Below are positions 19,439-29,327 of a stretch of DNA of 64,000 bases, one piece after another (position 1 is the first letter of the stretch; each line of letters begins with the position of its first letter). The notes under the pieces were generated by a model, which did no database searches, was not told where the DNA came from, and saw only the letters and a list, made by a program, of their open reading frames with translations. The stretch is from Planctomycetota bacterium (GTDB taxonomy: Bacteria > Planctomycetota > B15-G4). The DNA is taken from positions 1,120,001-1,184,000 of the forward strand of contig CBDFJQ010000002.1 of assembly GCA_965248575.1 (NCBI GenBank), written 5' to 3'. The position numbers and the translations under genes are program-made.

Positions 19439-20026
19439 ATGGCGCACATCACCACCTTCGATACGAACAAGGCTGTCGAGTCGGCTCTCGAGCTGTTCTG
19501 GAAGCGCGGTTTCCATGCTGTCAGCGTTGAAGACATCGTCCAAGAGACAGAGCTCAACCGGCACAGCCTGTACGACAGTTTCGGCAGCAAGTTCGGTCTG
19601 CTCATGTCCGCCCTGGAGCACTACCGCGGCGTCGTGATCGACCAGATCCGCGAGCGCCTCGTAGGCCCCGGCTCGAATCGAGAACGCCTCGAGCAACTGC
19701 TCACGCTCCGCGACCCTGATCATCCCGACATGAATGAGGCCGACCGGCTCTGGGCCAAGATGCTCGCTCGCGGTTGCTTCGCGATTCGCGTCTGCGCCGA
19801 GATGCGCGATAGCCATGCGGAACTGGGTCGACACCTCGACGAGTTTGGTGAGACTCTCGAACTGCTTGTGACCGACGTGGTGCGCAACGGACAGCGGGCC
19901 GGGGAGTTCCGCACCGACAGAACGCCAGAAGACATGGCGTCGGTGCTCGTCAGCGGTTTTCTGACACCGTTGATCTACACCCCCACCAGGCCGCGTATGA
20001 ACGCCTTCCTCGCCGTCCTGGAATGA
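19439..20026 (+). CDS. TetR/AcrR family transcriptional regulator
   Basis: HTH ALELFWKRGFHAVSVEDIVQETELNRHSLYDSFGSK; RGCF in the C-terminal domain. Confidence 0.92.
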   Translation: MAHITTFDTNKAVESALELFWKRGFHAVSVEDIVQETELNRHSLYDSFGSKFGLLMSALEHYRGVVIDQIRERLVGPGSNRERLEQLLTLRDPDHPDMNEADRLWAKMLARGCFAIRVCAEMRDSHAELGRHLDEFGETLELLVTDVVRNGQRAGEFRTDRTPEDMASVLVSGFLTPLIYTPTRPRMNAFLAVLE

Positions 20027-20048
20027 GCCGCCCTTGGCAGCTCTCCTC

Positions 20049-20387
20049 TTAGGGCCCGCTCGGGCCCTGCTCCGTCTGCTCCACGACCCAGGCTCGGTAG
20101 TCGGGAGCCGCGTCCATCCAGCGAAGAGCCACGATGCAAGGCGTGTCGTAGGCGTGCAGCTCCTGCACGCGTGTACGCAGAGCCGGAAACAACTCCTTGC
20201 GGGTCTTCGCTAGCAACAAACACTCCTGGTCGGTGCAGAGCTCGCCTTGCCATCGATAGATGGACGTCACTCCGGGCACGATGTTCACGCAGGCCGCCAA
20301 GGCCTCCTCGACCAGCGCACGAGCCAGCGCCTCAGCCTCGGGCTGCGAGCCACAGGTGATGTAGACCGACACGCACTCGTCCGTCAC
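20049..20387 (-). CDS. cutA: Divalent-cation tolerance protein CutA
   Basis: LAACVNIVPGVTSIYRWQG, ELHAYDTPCI; GTG start overlaps the USP stop. Confidence 0.9.
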   Translation of the reverse strand: MTDECVSVYITCGSQPEAEALARALVEEALAACVNIVPGVTSIYRWQGELCTDQECLLLAKTRKELFPALRTRVQELHAYDTPCIVALRWMDAAPDYRAWVVEQTEQGPSGP

Positions 20388-21277
20388 AAGACCCACTCTC
20401 GGCCCGGCTCTCGCATCACGACGACGGGTACGTGGCCTTCGAGCAACACAGTCAGCGCCACATTGCCAAGCAGCGCGCCGGCGAGCCCCGTCCGCCCGTG
20501 ACTCCCCATCATCACCAAATCGACGCTGTCCTGCCGATCCAGAATGGCTGTTGCTGGCTCGTCCTCGACGAACTCGATCTCGTGCTCCGCGCCCGTCCAA
20601 GCAAAGGAGCTCATCTCCTTCTCGAACACCTCCCGCGCATCCTTGATGAGCTGGTCCACGACATAGGTCGGCCCAACGGCCGGATAGCCATGCCCAGCGA
20701 ACAACTCGGGTTGCTGAAAGCAATGAATGACGCGCAGGCTCGCACCCAGCTGAAGCGCCCACGCACAGGCGTGCCGCAGGGCAGCCAGGCTCTCCTCGGA
20801 GAGATCGACAGGCACGAGGATTCGCTTCACGAGACGAACTGGACCCGATTGAACCCAAACCGGACATTTCGCCTGGGACAGAACCGCCCGCAACGTCCCC
20901 CCGAAGTCCACTAGGCCTCGCCGACGATGCCGCCCGACCACGAGCAGATCCGTGCTCGGGTTCGCCGCACGGCTCAACAGGAGTTCCGCCGGATGCCGGG
21001 TGCTCTCCACCACGAGTGCGCTCGGGTGCGCCTCGCCCGCTTGGCGCGCGCCGGCCAAGGAGGCTTCCATGCGCGTCTCGATCACGCGCCGGGCAGCATC
21101 CACGTCGTGCGGCGTGAGATCTGGCCAGAGATGGTGCGGAGGCTTCACCCCGTGCACGAACTCCAACTCGGCCCCGAACCGGCGGGCAAGGTCGATCCCC
21201 ACGTGAAGAGGTGTGTCGGACCTCGGAACAGCATCCACCCCCACCACGACCCGGTTCAGTTGTTTGTCGGTCGGCAT
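20384..21277 (-). CDS. Universal stress protein (two USP domains)
   Basis: RVVVGVD, DLLVVGRH, RILVPVDLSEES, DLVMMGSHGRTG...LLGNVA. Confidence 0.93.
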   Translation of the reverse strand: MPTDKQLNRVVVGVDAVPRSDTPLHVGIDLARRFGAELEFVHGVKPPHHLWPDLTPHDVDAARRVIETRMEASLAGARQAGEAHPSALVVESTRHPAELLLSRAANPSTDLLVVGRHRRRGLVDFGGTLRAVLSQAKCPVWVQSGPVRLVKRILVPVDLSEESLAALRHACAWALQLGASLRVIHCFQQPELFAGHGYPAVGPTYVVDQLIKDAREVFEKEMSSFAWTGAEHEIEFVEDEPATAILDRQDSVDLVMMGSHGRTGLAGALLGNVALTVLLEGHVPVVVMREPGREWVL

Positions 21278-21444
21278 CTCCTGTCCTCCTTCAACTCATT
21301 CCACGAAACGGACGAACTCGCGCGTGCGCGCACGATGGACAGGGCCAGCTCACCACCTGCGCTCTTCGTGTGGCTCCTCGGCAACTGTTCCTTGCCCCCA
21401 GGCTAGCGAAGGCCTTGGGTGGCAACCATGCGTAGTGGGGCGTA

Positions 21445-23502
21445 CTAGTCGAGGTAGAAAGGGCTGGTCCAAGCCATATGGCCATCCTCCTGCAGGACCC
21501 GCACGTACACATACTCTCCTGCCTTCAGATCGCTGAGACTCCAACTGTGCCCCAGGTCGAACACGCCCTCTGAATCGGGTACCCAGGTGTCCACGACGCC
21601 CCCGCTGCGCACCAGCTCCAGGGAGCGGATGGGCGCCGTGCCGTACACCAGCAGCGAGAGCACTCCCTCAGCCCCGTCCGCCAACATCGTCGAGCCCATG
21701 CGAGCGCCATCCATGGAGCAGCGCAGGATGATGCGCGCGCCGGTCGTCGCATAGACCCGGCGCTCCCGCATCGCCCCGAGCACGGACTCCCGACTGAGTT
21801 CACGGGTGATCACGCCTGCCAGCCCGCCCACGCCGCTGGGGTTCGAGAACTGTGGCAAGCCCGGGTGACCGTCATGGCTGTCACCGCTCCCGATGAAACC
21901 AAAGCGCATGCCCTGGTCCAGGACATCCCGTACGAAGTTGCCGTCCAGGGGGCCGCCGATCCGATAGGGGGAGTCCATGGCCTCGCTGCTCCCATGAACG
22001 GAGACGATCTCGGTCACCGGCTCCATGTGGGGGTCGGGGCGAAAACTCCAGTTGGTCGCGATGGGCCGTCCCGCCGAATGGTGGGCGAAGGTCAACGCGG
22101 CCTGGCCTTCCAGCGCATCCCAGAGTTGGCGCGGCGTCTCGAACGCAGGGTCCGCCGAACTCAGCACTTCCAATCCGAGCTGCTCGTCAAAGGACAGCAC
22201 GTGCCGGTGCCCGTGAATCCAGCTGGTCCATTCGTAGCCGAGCAGGGCGACGAAGCGCCCCGGCTCGTGCGCGTTTCGCACCGCCTCGCGGATGCGCTGC
22301 CATGTCTCGGGATCGGCATCGAGCTTCTTGAAGCCGTAATGGTCGTGGTCGGTGAGCGCCACGATGTCCAGTGCTGAGACGTCGCGGGCGTAGCGGTAGT
22401 AGTCCTCGGGCGTTCCGGTGCCATCGGAGACGTGGCTGTGGCCATGCAGATCTGCCCAACGAACCGGTTCTGTTCCCTTGAGCACTACCAGCGGATTGCT
22501 CAGCGTGTCCAGCTCACCCGGCCCATCCAGGAAGAGGCGGAACACACCTTCCTCGGGGGGGCGGAACTCCAGGGTCTGGACCCCACCATCCCCCGCATGG
22601 AAGTCCACAGCCTCTGGCAGCCCCCAACCGTCGGGCACGTGGGAAATCTCGACACGCCCTTCAAAGGCGACGCCTGCATTCCCTACAGCATCCAGAACAG
22701 CCAGCGTGAGGCGCACGAGTTCACCGGGTTCGGCTCCGGAGTTCAAGGTCGCCACCAGTCTGCGCGGCGCGGCCGCCGCGATGTCCACCCGGGCGGGCTG
22801 CGCCACGAAGGCCGAGACCCCATCCCCATCCGCGTCGACTGCGAACCAGAACGGCGCCCCCCGTTCAGCGAAGTCGTCTGCACGCGCACCCGCTGCTCCG
22901 GCGCCGTAGACGATGGAAACCTGCTCCCCTGCTGCCAGCGGCCGCCCCTTGATGACAGCGAGGGCGGACATCTCCGAGACGATCAACTCCAGTTCGAGTC
23001 CGCTGGCGTCCGTCGCGAACTCAGTGAGACCTGGCCGCTGCGAAGCCCGCGCGCTGGCTTCCGACGTGGATCTGTCGCCGCCCGCGTCTTGTGCACACCA
23101 CGGTTGGCTCCAGCGCCAGAACGGCGACACCTTGAAGTGCAAGGAGCCCCCCACCGCAATGCCTTCGCCCCGCGCCTCGTACACAAACCGCCAGCGCCCA
23201 GCCGAACCCGCCGTGACGGCCTCCGCCGCTACGGCTCCGCCCTCTCGCACCTCTGCAGCTTGCTCAAGCCAGACCCGCCCGCCCCCATCTGCCGCATGTC
23301 GAACCGCAGCCAGGTCGGCGCGCTGTTGTTCCACCACATGCCACTGGGCCGTGGGCGGGTCGAGGTCGTCCACCGTTGGCACGGGGACCTGCTTGGCCTC
23401 TGGCTCCACACCGTCGGTCGGCCCACACGCGAGCTGGCTCAGGCAACCGAGCAAAAGCGCGGGCAGGAGGCGGCGAGCAGTCCTGGTTCTCGTCTCAGGC
23501 AT
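21445..23502 (-). CDS. PHP-fold metallohydrolase (CehA/McbA / DUF3604-like), probably exported
   Basis: WADLHGHSHVSDG, LTDHD, GYEWT, GHRHV, GSGDSHDGHPG, AWTSP; signal/lipobox-like N-terminus. Confidence 0.8.
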   Translation of the reverse strand: MPETRTRTARRLLPALLLGCLSQLACGPTDGVEPEAKQVPVPTVDDLDPPTAQWHVVEQQRADLAAVRHAADGGGRVWLEQAAEVREGGAVAAEAVTAGSAGRWRFVYEARGEGIAVGGSLHFKVSPFWRWSQPWCAQDAGGDRSTSEASARASQRPGLTEFATDASGLELELIVSEMSALAVIKGRPLAAGEQVSIVYGAGAAGARADDFAERGAPFWFAVDADGDGVSAFVAQPARVDIAAAAPRRLVATLNSGAEPGELVRLTLAVLDAVGNAGVAFEGRVEISHVPDGWGLPEAVDFHAGDGGVQTLEFRPPEEGVFRLFLDGPGELDTLSNPLVVLKGTEPVRWADLHGHSHVSDGTGTPEDYYRYARDVSALDIVALTDHDHYGFKKLDADPETWQRIREAVRNAHEPGRFVALLGYEWTSWIHGHRHVLSFDEQLGLEVLSSADPAFETPRQLWDALEGQAALTFAHHSAGRPIATNWSFRPDPHMEPVTEIVSVHGSSEAMDSPYRIGGPLDGNFVRDVLDQGMRFGFIGSGDSHDGHPGLPQFSNPSGVGGLAGVITRELSRESVLGAMRERRVYATTGARIILRCSMDGARMGSTMLADGAEGVLSLLVYGTAPIRSLELVRSGGVVDTWVPDSEGVFDLGHSWSLSDLKAGEYVYVRVLQEDGHMAWTSPFYLD

Positions 23503-23539
23503 TCCCGAAGTGTACGGAATGCTCGCCGCGCCCGGCAGC

Positions 23540-25366
23540 TCAACGTGCGTGAACTGACACCCACAGGCTGCGCTTCGCCCCACCCTCAAGAGCAGCGTCC
23601 AACTCCGCGACCACGTGGCGTTGCCCGTCCACGGGAAGCGACGCACGGACATCCGCCAGGGCGAAACTCGGGCGCTCCAAGGAGCCCGGCGCGAAGCTGC
23701 TCAGGCTCACGTCGCTGCGCTCCAACAGGCGCGAGGACGCCACACGGACATCCACCGTCTCTCCGCGCCCATCGGCCGTCACGTGCACCGAAAGCCCATC
23801 AAAGACGGCGGCGAAGAGCGGGGCAGCGAGGGCCGCACCCGTAGCGACATCCGTGCGGAACCCCCGATGCAGGACCAAACTGTCACCGACCACGAGCGAC
23901 CCGCCGCTGCCCGACTCCAACAGCAAGCGCCCCCGTGCGACCTCCTGGATTGCGCCACCTGGTCCCGCGGATTCAGAGACCCCCAACTCAACCACCAAGT
24001 TGCGGCGCTGACCCGTGAACACCTTGAGTGCTTCCAAGCGGCGCGCCAGCATGTCGGGAGCCGCCGCCCACACGGCCCAAGACGCCTGGCTCCAGCCCCA
24101 ACCCTCATACTCCCAGTCGCGTTCGTCGGCCTCCGGACGCAGACCCTGCTCGCAGGCCTCGAGATTGCCCTCCCAGTCGAAGGATTCGGAGGCGGGAAAC
24201 TGATGCGGATCGAACTCGTTCGCGAGCTCGAACAGACCTTCCATGTCCTCTCCATTGCGACCGGCCAGCGTCCTGGCAGACCGCCCATGGACTTCCACCC
24301 TTGGCCAGCGCACGGCAGAGGTGTCCACCACGGCAACGGACACGTCCCCGAACTCCATGGGGCCCGGATCCGGGTCCACGTCCAGCAAGCGCAGGTGCAC
24401 GACCCAGCTTGAACTGCCCTCATGCGTCAGGATCTGACCCACCAGCACCAGCCCCTCCCCCACCGACAGGACGGTGGAGCCGCTGCTTGAGATGCCACTG
24501 ACGATCGGCAAGTCCACCAGCAAGTTGTCGACCTTCAACTCCACGGAGTTGTCCAGCTGCACCATGCTGTGTACACGAAGGGTGTCCTCCAGCATCTGGT
24601 CGAGCCGCGACACGAACACGGCGTGCCGCAGGCGAAGCGCGCTGCTTCCGGGAACGGCCTCCGCGCGGACCGTGAGGTCCAGCCCGGTCTCCATCTCGAC
24701 CAGATCCGGCTCGGCGATCGTCATGTTCTGGGCGATCTCCCCGTCCCAGTGCTTGATCATTGTCGTGGTGTTCAGGGCCTCGATCCGTTCCGTGTTGCCC
24801 AAGAGCACTTGATCCTGCCGTTGGTGCAGCAGGCGTAGCACACCTGACTCAGCCAGAGAGCGCACGCCGCCGCCATCCAGGGAGCCCGGCAGGCCGCGCC
24901 CGGGCATCACCTCGTAGACGTCGAGACCAAGACGAGCCCGTCGGCCAAACGCAGCGCGCACCCCATCAATCAAGCGGGCGATGCGCTCTTGCAGGGCCGG
25001 CGGCCCCACCACCAGCAGACGGCCGTCGTCCATGCGATGAAAGGCCCGTCCCTCATACTCGAAGGCCTCCGGTGCCACGACGTCGTACACGAGAGACTCG
25101 ATCATCTCTCCGAGTTCCAGCTCATCGCTTTCCGCGACATCGCCCGTGCGACGCACGAGCGGCAGCCAGCGGAGCTCCCGCGTGCTCACCACATGGCGCG
25201 GTGCCAGCCCATCGAGATCGTGCAGGACCGCGACGGATGTCTCGTTTGCCGCGTCACTGGCCTCAGAGGCTGCGGGGACCGCAGCCGGCGGCTCCACAGG
25301 GTCTGTCCAGAACAGACCGGACAACAGCACGCACAGGATCCAGGGTGAGGTCAGGGCTGACATCAT
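23540..25366 (-). CDS. Secreted protein with two secretin-like (type II/III secretion) repeats
   Basis: N3-like GRLLVVGPPALQERIARLID, then DGEIAQ..IAEP...ETGLDLTVR...DLPIVS...VLSVGEGLVLVG; second copy TDVATGAALAAP...DGLSVHV...ERP. Confidence 0.55.
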   Translation of the reverse strand: MMSALTSPWILCVLLSGLFWTDPVEPPAAVPAASEASDAANETSVAVLHDLDGLAPRHVVSTRELRWLPLVRRTGDVAESDELELGEMIESLVYDVVAPEAFEYEGRAFHRMDDGRLLVVGPPALQERIARLIDGVRAAFGRRARLGLDVYEVMPGRGLPGSLDGGGVRSLAESGVLRLLHQRQDQVLLGNTERIEALNTTTMIKHWDGEIAQNMTIAEPDLVEMETGLDLTVRAEAVPGSSALRLRHAVFVSRLDQMLEDTLRVHSMVQLDNSVELKVDNLLVDLPIVSGISSSGSTVLSVGEGLVLVGQILTHEGSSSWVVHLRLLDVDPDPGPMEFGDVSVAVVDTSAVRWPRVEVHGRSARTLAGRNGEDMEGLFELANEFDPHQFPASESFDWEGNLEACEQGLRPEADERDWEYEGWGWSQASWAVWAAAPDMLARRLEALKVFTGQRRNLVVELGVSESAGPGGAIQEVARGRLLLESGSGGSLVVGDSLVLHRGFRTDVATGAALAAPLFAAVFDGLSVHVTADGRGETVDVRVASSRLLERSDVSLSSFAPGSLERPSFALADVRASLPVDGQRHVVAELDAALEGGAKRSLWVSVHAR

Positions 25367-27744
25367 GGCAATTCCTCCGAAGAAAAGCGGGGTCGGGAGT
25401 ACCGAGGTGCCGACGAACGGCTCGGTGTTGGTTTGCGTTCCGAGCCCGTGTCGACACGGGCGATGGCGGCGCTCAGAGGCGCCAGAATCCGGCGTGCAGG
25501 AACAGCGGCTGCAGCGAGTTGCGGCGAGGCGTCCTCCACGACCTCGGACAGCACGCGGGAGTCACCTCCGTGGGCGTTCCAGGCAGCGAAGGCTTCCGTC
25601 GGCGCGATGTGTCCAGCGGCGGCCCAGGCCAACGGCAGCAAGGGCTCATCGGCTGGTTGAGTTTCGATCCAGGCCAGGAGCTGCTGCCCTTCCGCCACCG
25701 TCCCCATGCGGCCCAGGCTCACCAGCAAACCGGAACGGCTGGCGGCGCGTTGGGTCTCGTGCCAGCCGACGCTGCGAGGCGCTCCATCGTTTGCGGCAGA
25801 GTCCATCGGCATCTCATCGAAGCCCCGCAAGGCTCCCACCAAGAGACCCTTGCGTGCGCTGTCGGACAGCGCTTCTGCCAGCTCTACGACGAGCTCGGAG
25901 TCCCGGTACACCAAGGCACCGCCGAACTGCGAGGCCAGGGGCGGGGACGCCTTGAGGACCGACGCGAGAGCCTCCAGGAAGACTGTCGACCGCGAGTGGC
26001 TCGGCGTATCCCGCCACAAGCCGTGCAAGGCTGCGGCCGCTTCAGGTCCCCCAATAGCAACGAGCGCGACGAGAGCAGACTGCGCATTCCGCGCACCGAG
26101 ACCAGGACTCTCAAGTCCTGGCGTCCAGTCCAAGTCTTGCCTCTCATTCTCCAGGCTGCGCACAAGGCTCGGAACGATGCCACGTACGTCAGCGGCAACG
26201 CACCATTCCAGGAGCGTGCTCACGGACCGCCCCTCGCTGAGCAAGTTGTCCACCCGACGAACCGTTGCATCGTCCAAGCGATCCGCATGCTCCAGGAACA
26301 GGGAACGGCAAAGGGTCTCGCGCCACTCGCCAGCTTGGGGCGCGTCCTGCGAGAGTTGCTGCAGCACCCCCAGGGCCCGCTCGGCAGGCCAGAGTGAAGC
26401 CAGCTCCCGCAGCAGGGGTTCGGCCGCCCGCGCGGTCTTGAGGCGTTCCAGCCCGCTCAGCATCTCGTCCGCGAGACGCGCCCAGCTGCGCTCTACCCGT
26501 GACCCCTCGGCCTGCCGCAGCAACGCCAGGGCGTTCGCGCGGCGAGTGTTCCAAGCAGAGTTGTTGGCCACGGGGATCGCTTGGATCGCGAGCCTGGTGT
26601 CGTCGCCTTCGGTCTGCGTCACCCAGTCCCAAAGGGCGCCGGGGAGCACCCGTTTCTCCAGCTCATGCACCAAGGCCCCTGATGTTCCAAGTTGGGGCCC
26701 GAGCCCTGCCGACTCCAGGACGGCCAAGGCGTCGTCCACGTGGGCTTCCAAGGCAAGCGCCCGAGCCAGCACGGAGTAGCCCGCGGCGGATGTGGCCGCG
26801 TGTCGCAATGCGGCCACCCTCGACTCCTGCGAGTCTGCTACCTCCGCGTCCGCTGCCGCCGTGTCCGGCACCGCGAGGGCCAGCCCACGCACCAAGGCGG
26901 ACACCGGCCAGCCCTGCGCCCGCAGGCCTGCGAGCGCATGCTCACACGCCATGCGGAAGCCCTCCTGCCCATGGGGAAACTCTTGATGGGCTGCGAGCAG
27001 CGCCTGACGCACGGTGCCACGCGCGTTCTCCAGGCGCACGGGATCCACAGGTTCCCAGAGCCCCTCGTCCACCTGTGGCAGGACCGTCCGTTCACCCGCG
27101 GTGGCTGAAGCACCCGGCTCGAGCTGGTCGAGCCCCCACGGTGCGTGAGGGCTGAGCTCCCGCTCGGGGCTCTCGTCGACCACAGCCGCTCCCGGCGTGC
27201 CGCCGAGCTCCCCCTGCGGGGACGTTCCGAGGTCAAGATCCCAAAGCGAAGCCAGCCAGGCCACGATGCCCACCATCGCGGCCAGGCCCGTGAGAAAGCG
27301 CAGGGGCATGGCCAGCAACCGTCGCTCCACTCGCGCCTTGGCAGAGGAGCCCTCGCCCGCAGTGCCACTCTCGACCGTCGACGGCGGACTCGCGCTGTCT
27401 TCTGCCAAGCTCGAGGCTTGGATCACCTGCGACACGGCCCTCGGACTCGAGTCGAGCTGCGCCGACGTCCCAGCCTCTGCAACCGAGCCACTTGATGCGA
27501 CCTCGCCAGCATCCACGCGCTCCCACAACGTCTTGAACGCCTGCGCCGTGTCGTCGGCCGCCGGTGTTGCGGGCAGGGAAGCGAGCAACCACTCGTCCAG
27601 CTGCTGTTCCTGCTCGACGCGCGCTCTGCAGCGGGCACACTCAGCCACGTGGCGGTCCACATCGAGGCGACGTTCGCCGCTCAGCTCGCCGAGCAGATAG
27701 CGCTGGAGTCGTGCGGGTCCGGGGTGGCTACGGGGGTCTGTCAT
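25363..27744 (-). CDS. Zinc-finger (zf-HC2) anti-sigma factor with TM helix and large helical-repeat extracytoplasmic region
   Basis: LQRYLLGEL...HVAECARC (HxxxCxxC); TM FLTGLAAMVGIVAWLASLW; ATGA overlaps on both sides. Confidence 0.8.
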   Translation of the reverse strand: MTDPRSHPGPARLQRYLLGELSGERRLDVDRHVAECARCRARVEQEQQLDEWLLASLPATPAADDTAQAFKTLWERVDAGEVASSGSVAEAGTSAQLDSSPRAVSQVIQASSLAEDSASPPSTVESGTAGEGSSAKARVERRLLAMPLRFLTGLAAMVGIVAWLASLWDLDLGTSPQGELGGTPGAAVVDESPERELSPHAPWGLDQLEPGASATAGERTVLPQVDEGLWEPVDPVRLENARGTVRQALLAAHQEFPHGQEGFRMACEHALAGLRAQGWPVSALVRGLALAVPDTAAADAEVADSQESRVAALRHAATSAAGYSVLARALALEAHVDDALAVLESAGLGPQLGTSGALVHELEKRVLPGALWDWVTQTEGDDTRLAIQAIPVANNSAWNTRRANALALLRQAEGSRVERSWARLADEMLSGLERLKTARAAEPLLRELASLWPAERALGVLQQLSQDAPQAGEWRETLCRSLFLEHADRLDDATVRRVDNLLSEGRSVSTLLEWCVAADVRGIVPSLVRSLENERQDLDWTPGLESPGLGARNAQSALVALVAIGGPEAAAALHGLWRDTPSHSRSTVFLEALASVLKASPPLASQFGGALVYRDSELVVELAEALSDSARKGLLVGALRGFDEMPMDSAANDGAPRSVGWHETQRAASRSGLLVSLGRMGTVAEGQQLLAWIETQPADEPLLPLAWAAAGHIAPTEAFAAWNAHGGDSRVLSEVVEDASPQLAAAAVPARRILAPLSAAIARVDTGSERKPTPSRSSAPRYSRPRFSSEELP

Positions 27745-28319
27745 GAGTCTTCGAGCTCCCGGCCGAGGCGGCCTCTCAGGTAGGCGCGCGCCTTCACGAG
27801 GTAGACGCGCGCGGAGTGTGGGGTGAGGTCGAGCACGGCACCGATCGCCGCATACTCCATCTCCTCGAACACACGCAGGTGCAACACGGCCTGCTGCTTG
27901 GGCGGCAGCTCCCCCATGACCTCCCGCACCCGGCGCAGCACATCCCGCCGCGCCGAGGCCTCCGCCGGCGACGGGACCTGGCTCACCGGAGCTCGCCGTT
28001 CGTACCCGGCTCGTGTGCTTCGACGCCGGCGCACATCCAGGCAACGGTTGAAGACCACCCGCAGAAACCAAGCGCGCATGTCCTGGACCTGACCCAGGCT
28101 TTCTCGGGTGCTCCAGGTCTTGATCAGCACGTCCTGTACGGCGTCCTCAGCATCCTCATGGCTGCCGAGAATGCGCGTGGCGAGGGCCAGGGCAGCCGCA
28201 TGGTGGGGCCCCAGGAGTGCCTGAAAGGCCCGCCGCTCCGCGTCGAGGCCAGGGCGACCGGTCTCGTCCCGGTCCCCTGATCCTGCGCTGGCTGTGTCGT
28301 TTCGGCGTGTCGTGGTCAT
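27741..28319 (-). CDS. ECF RNA polymerase sigma factor
   Basis: Region 2 DAEDAVQDV...AWFLRVVFNRCLD; region 4 LPPKQQAVLHLRVFEEMEYAAIG. Confidence 0.92.
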   Translation of the reverse strand: MTTTRRNDTASAGSGDRDETGRPGLDAERRAFQALLGPHHAAALALATRILGSHEDAEDAVQDVLIKTWSTRESLGQVQDMRAWFLRVVFNRCLDVRRRRSTRAGYERRAPVSQVPSPAEASARRDVLRRVREVMGELPPKQQAVLHLRVFEEMEYAAIGAVLDLTPHSARVYLVKARAYLRGRLGRELEDS

Positions 28320-28351
28320 ACCCACCATAGGGGACACCTTTCAGTCCCCAA

Positions 28352-28377
28352 AGACGCTTCCCGCCCCAGAGTGTTAA
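28352..28377 (-). promoter_or_regulatory. Candidate ECF autoregulatory promoter
   Basis: Minus strand TAAC-N16-CGTCT (ttAACactctggggcgggaagCGTCT) about 30 bp upstream of the sigma gene. Confidence 0.45.
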
Positions 28378-28419
28378 TCGCCCAAACCCCGGATGTGACA
28401 CCGATTTCCGGCAGGAGCC

Positions 28420-29259
28420 CTAGGGCGTCCGATGGACCTTCTGCGCCGAGGCCTGATCCACGGGCTGCAGGGCGAGCTCTTCGATGTTCATGAACGCAGG
28501 CAAGCCAGCCACCCACTCCACGGCTTCCGCCACGTGGTCGCCCGTGAGCGGAGTCATGCCCGCATACACCTTGTCGGAGGCCTCCTGGGACCCCAGACGA
28601 ACGGTGCTGAACTCCGTCTCGACGAGGCCCGGGTTGATGCAGCAAACCTTCACGCCCGACCCCAGGAGTTCCAAACGCAGGGCCTTGGTGATCACCCGCA
28701 CCGACGCCTTGCTCGCGCAGTAGACCGAACCGCCCTCATACGTCTCGATGCCCGCAAGCGAACCCATGTGGATCACATGCCCCCCACCCCGGGCCACCAT
28801 GCCCGGCACGAAGCGCCGCGTGACCCGCAGCAGACCCATGACATTCACCTCGAGCATGGCCTCCCAGTCCGCCTCGTCCTCGGCGGTTGCGGTGGGAATC
28901 CGTGCGACGCCACGGGCCACTCCAGCGTTGTTGACCAGCAGGTGGATGCCGGACGGGCCACCAACAGCCGTTGCGAACTCCTCCGCCGCCTGGCTGAAGG
29001 CCTGCACCGAAGCGGACTGGGTCACGTCCAAGGAATGGGCAAGGCACTGGACACCATGAGCGCCCGAGAGTTCGGCGCTGAGTGATTTCAGACGTTGCTC
29101 GCGGCGCGCGCCGAGCACCAGGTGCATCCCCCTGGCTGCGAGCCGTCTGGCGACGAACTCACCAATGCCCGCTGAGGCGCCCGTGATCACCGCCACACGT
29201 CCCCGCAATTCGAAGGCCGTGTCGGCCGGGCCTGGCGACGAAGTCTTGCGCGTACTCAT
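28420..29259 (-). CDS. SDR family NAD(P)-dependent oxidoreductase (YdfG-like)
   Basis: TGASAGIG, NNAG, YCASK, PGLVETEFS. Confidence 0.93.
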   Translation of the reverse strand: MSTRKTSSPGPADTAFELRGRVAVITGASAGIGEFVARRLAARGMHLVLGARREQRLKSLSAELSGAHGVQCLAHSLDVTQSASVQAFSQAAEEFATAVGGPSGIHLLVNNAGVARGVARIPTATAEDEADWEAMLEVNVMGLLRVTRRFVPGMVARGGGHVIHMGSLAGIETYEGGSVYCASKASVRVITKALRLELLGSGVKVCCINPGLVETEFSTVRLGSQEASDKVYAGMTPLTGDHVAEAVEWVAGLPAFMNIEELALQPVDQASAQKVHRTP

Positions 29260-29327
29260 CCTGAGTTGCTCCCTGGTGTCAGGCGCCGGGTGGTCAGGCG
29301 CCGGGTGGTCGGGCTTCAGGCCGTCGG

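Noticed and set aside
25363..28071. 902-aa version of the anti-sigma ORF
   Set aside because: The first 109 codons overlap the sigma gene in another frame; the ATG at 27744 overlapping the sigma stop is the more plausible start
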